DNA of 64,000 bases from Cyanobacteria bacterium P01_A01_bin.123 (GTDB lineage: Bacteria > Cyanobacteriota > Cyanobacteriia > Phormidesmidales > Phormidesmidaceae), in assembly GCA_039815185.1 (NCBI GenBank), contig JBCBZT010000006.1, forward strand, positions 128,001 through 192,000, in the 5' to 3' direction. How positions within the stretch are numbered: position 1 is the stretch's first letter; each line of letters opens with the position of its first letter. The position numbers were made by a program, and so were the translations under genes. Below, piece after piece: positions 63,401-64,000 of the stretch. The notes beneath the pieces were generated by a model. It was not told the origin of the DNA and did not search any database. It saw only the letters and a list, made by a program, of their open reading frames with translations.

Positions 63401-64000
63401 GGTAACGCCCAACGAGGGGAGAGTCAATATCTGCTAACCGGGCGGTTTACCCCAGGCCCAGATCCTGAAATCGTAGGCCAGCTCGACGTCTTAGAAGGAC
63501 GTATTCAAGACCTGTTGGAAATTTTCCAAATCTTCCAACTCAGTGACTTTGCTCGGGGGCTCAACCCACCCCCTTGGCTTGATCTCAGCCCTGAACAAAT
63601 TCAGACTATCCTAGCTACGACACCGACGGGTGACCCAGATGAAACCCTACTGAACCAAATCCGCCGCCTTTCTGAAATTCTGGTGAGCCAGCGCATCGCC
63701 GAAGCAGAGGTAGATCAAGCTCCCCTGCCTCCCCTGAGTGAACTCGAAGGCAGCTTTACAGGCAGCGTTGGACTTAACGGCACGCTGCGGTCTGGCTTTA
63801 ATGTTGACTTTGATCTGGCTGGGCAAGACTGGCATTGGGGTGATGACTTCGAAGCCGAACAGGTCACTGCCATGGGCGACTATAGCAAAGGGATTTTGAC
63901 CCTACGCCCGCTCCGGTTAGCCTCTGCTAATTCAGAACAGCCAATAGTCCTGAGTGCGATTGGTGACATTGCTCTATTTCCCGAAGGCGAAGACCGTAGA
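60434..64000 (+). CDS. tamB: Translocation/assembly module TamB (Tic236-like), partial, not in ORF track
   Basis: Manual translation MTNSP...RRRRFW-TM anchor-RLSPLVARLLTEFLDRPVEFGDV...IRIGPSAIPAT, then glycine-rich beta-strand repeats; frame spot-checked as open to the window end. Confidence 0.85.
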   Translation, partial: MTNSPNGGRNSGRTERPRRRRFWVNTGLTAGAIAILGLAGGIWWGWVFVNNRLSPLVARLLTEFLDRPVEFGDVERVTLSSIRIGPSAIPATDTDPDEVFVESLDVRFNLFRSLFSRKLRLNVEVNGVTGYFEQDADGQWVDVEIDLPERDPDEEGFFQIKAGTIRFSDSEVVLIPYAESETPAESAIPEGTDPTAETGSEEAGSEKLSDVLDNSDGLATGLGTPVTLGAVEGQVSFTDLNLEEELGEGFDIETQQIDLDVTTKPGRGGDLTVKGAFLPIPKPEDDPAGEGSLQANLTVQSQDINIQDIVPLVLSLVPKVPVTITDVEGTLDGNVDITIHPDSPVTLQGTAQVNQAAVAMDLLPQAIEDINGTVRFKDTVLTLEDVVASYGDIDANGGGTLDYMGDYDLAATVDSFSIEQVVDTLDVDLPIPAEGLFTADVTVQGPLAQPEIAGTLESLGNTVIDQVAFADVSLDFAFANAQLIFESFSLIPTAGGSLVGRGQFTLGQPRTLFLQAEGRDLPADAIGRLYGLPETVTLGAVALDAEVSGPLDNLQGLVSWQAPNGDYPARGELALSGQQIDFRNTVVQVAGGLVRGEGTLANGLWNARVQGEGIQLGRFAANLQGSSAGGDVQLSGSLDDLSLGGIRGDGTVFAQIAGGEISGTANLANGLWRSNLQASGVQLNTFAQQLQGAASGDVQLSGSIDDLSLAGIRGEGDLALSQGLASFAGFAPELANVNSPLTAAVAWDGSQIQVQQADTAGISANGVIVPRLSGPGAPTIANLDLNLVVRDYDLAALPAPLPNSIMLRGRGDFTGRLQGSLATLSLDGDAQLTDLAVNDLAFEPQLSGPVAFTLGDRVAIDLTGNSDRLQVNYAFSDRALDFDIRTTAQNVRGETLEAIAIGNTDGDTLYAEIRNFPLSALNLPPDGVGGYGQVRGVVDQADLAINLANPSGLDFVGEVALSDPGLGYIGVDSFSGRITYVNGTAMLTGGNAQRGESQYLLTGRFTPGPDPEIVGQLDVLEGRIQDLLEIFQIFQLSDFARGLNPPPWLDLSPEQIQTILATTPTGDPDETLLNQIRRLSEILVSQRIAEAEVDQAPLPPLSELEGSFTGSVGLNGTLRSGFNVDFDLAGQDWHWGDDFEAEQVTAMGDYSKGILTLRPLRLASANSEQPIVLSAIGDIALFPEGEDRR

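Noticed and set aside
60400..63835. Several minus-strand ORFs in the track
   Set aside because: Antisense shadows of the long plus-strand tamB frame.

Overview
Cyanobacterial chromosome segment (frequent HIP1 GCGATCGC octamers). Positions 1-20.2 kb hold the right-hand part of a far-red-light photoacclimation (FaRLiP) cluster: apcE2-apcD2-apcB2-apcD5 (minus strand), chlF-psaA2-B2-L2-I2-F2-J2 and rfpB-rfpA-rfpC. An extra cassette sits inside the cluster: psbO paralogue-psbF2-nblA, convergent with a psbV paralogue; psbF2, nblA and psaJ2 are missing from the ORF track. Three FaRLiP promoter regions share a direct-repeat motif (YTTCA-nn-GGTT-YTTCA, T-tract, -10), a candidate RfpB box. The rest holds two tandem RTX-tailed M14 carboxypeptidases, a small basic ORF with an intrinsic terminator before its stop codon (candidate ArfA/BrfA-like ribosome rescue factor), a catalytically dead REP-associated tyrosine transposase homologue, housekeeping genes (rimM, avtA, glgP, Tab2, ABC1, DegT, cugP, sbcC, LysR, fused speD-speE, murQ), a Yfr1-like structured element and the 5' part of tamB. 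All assignments come from reading the sequence; no searches were run.
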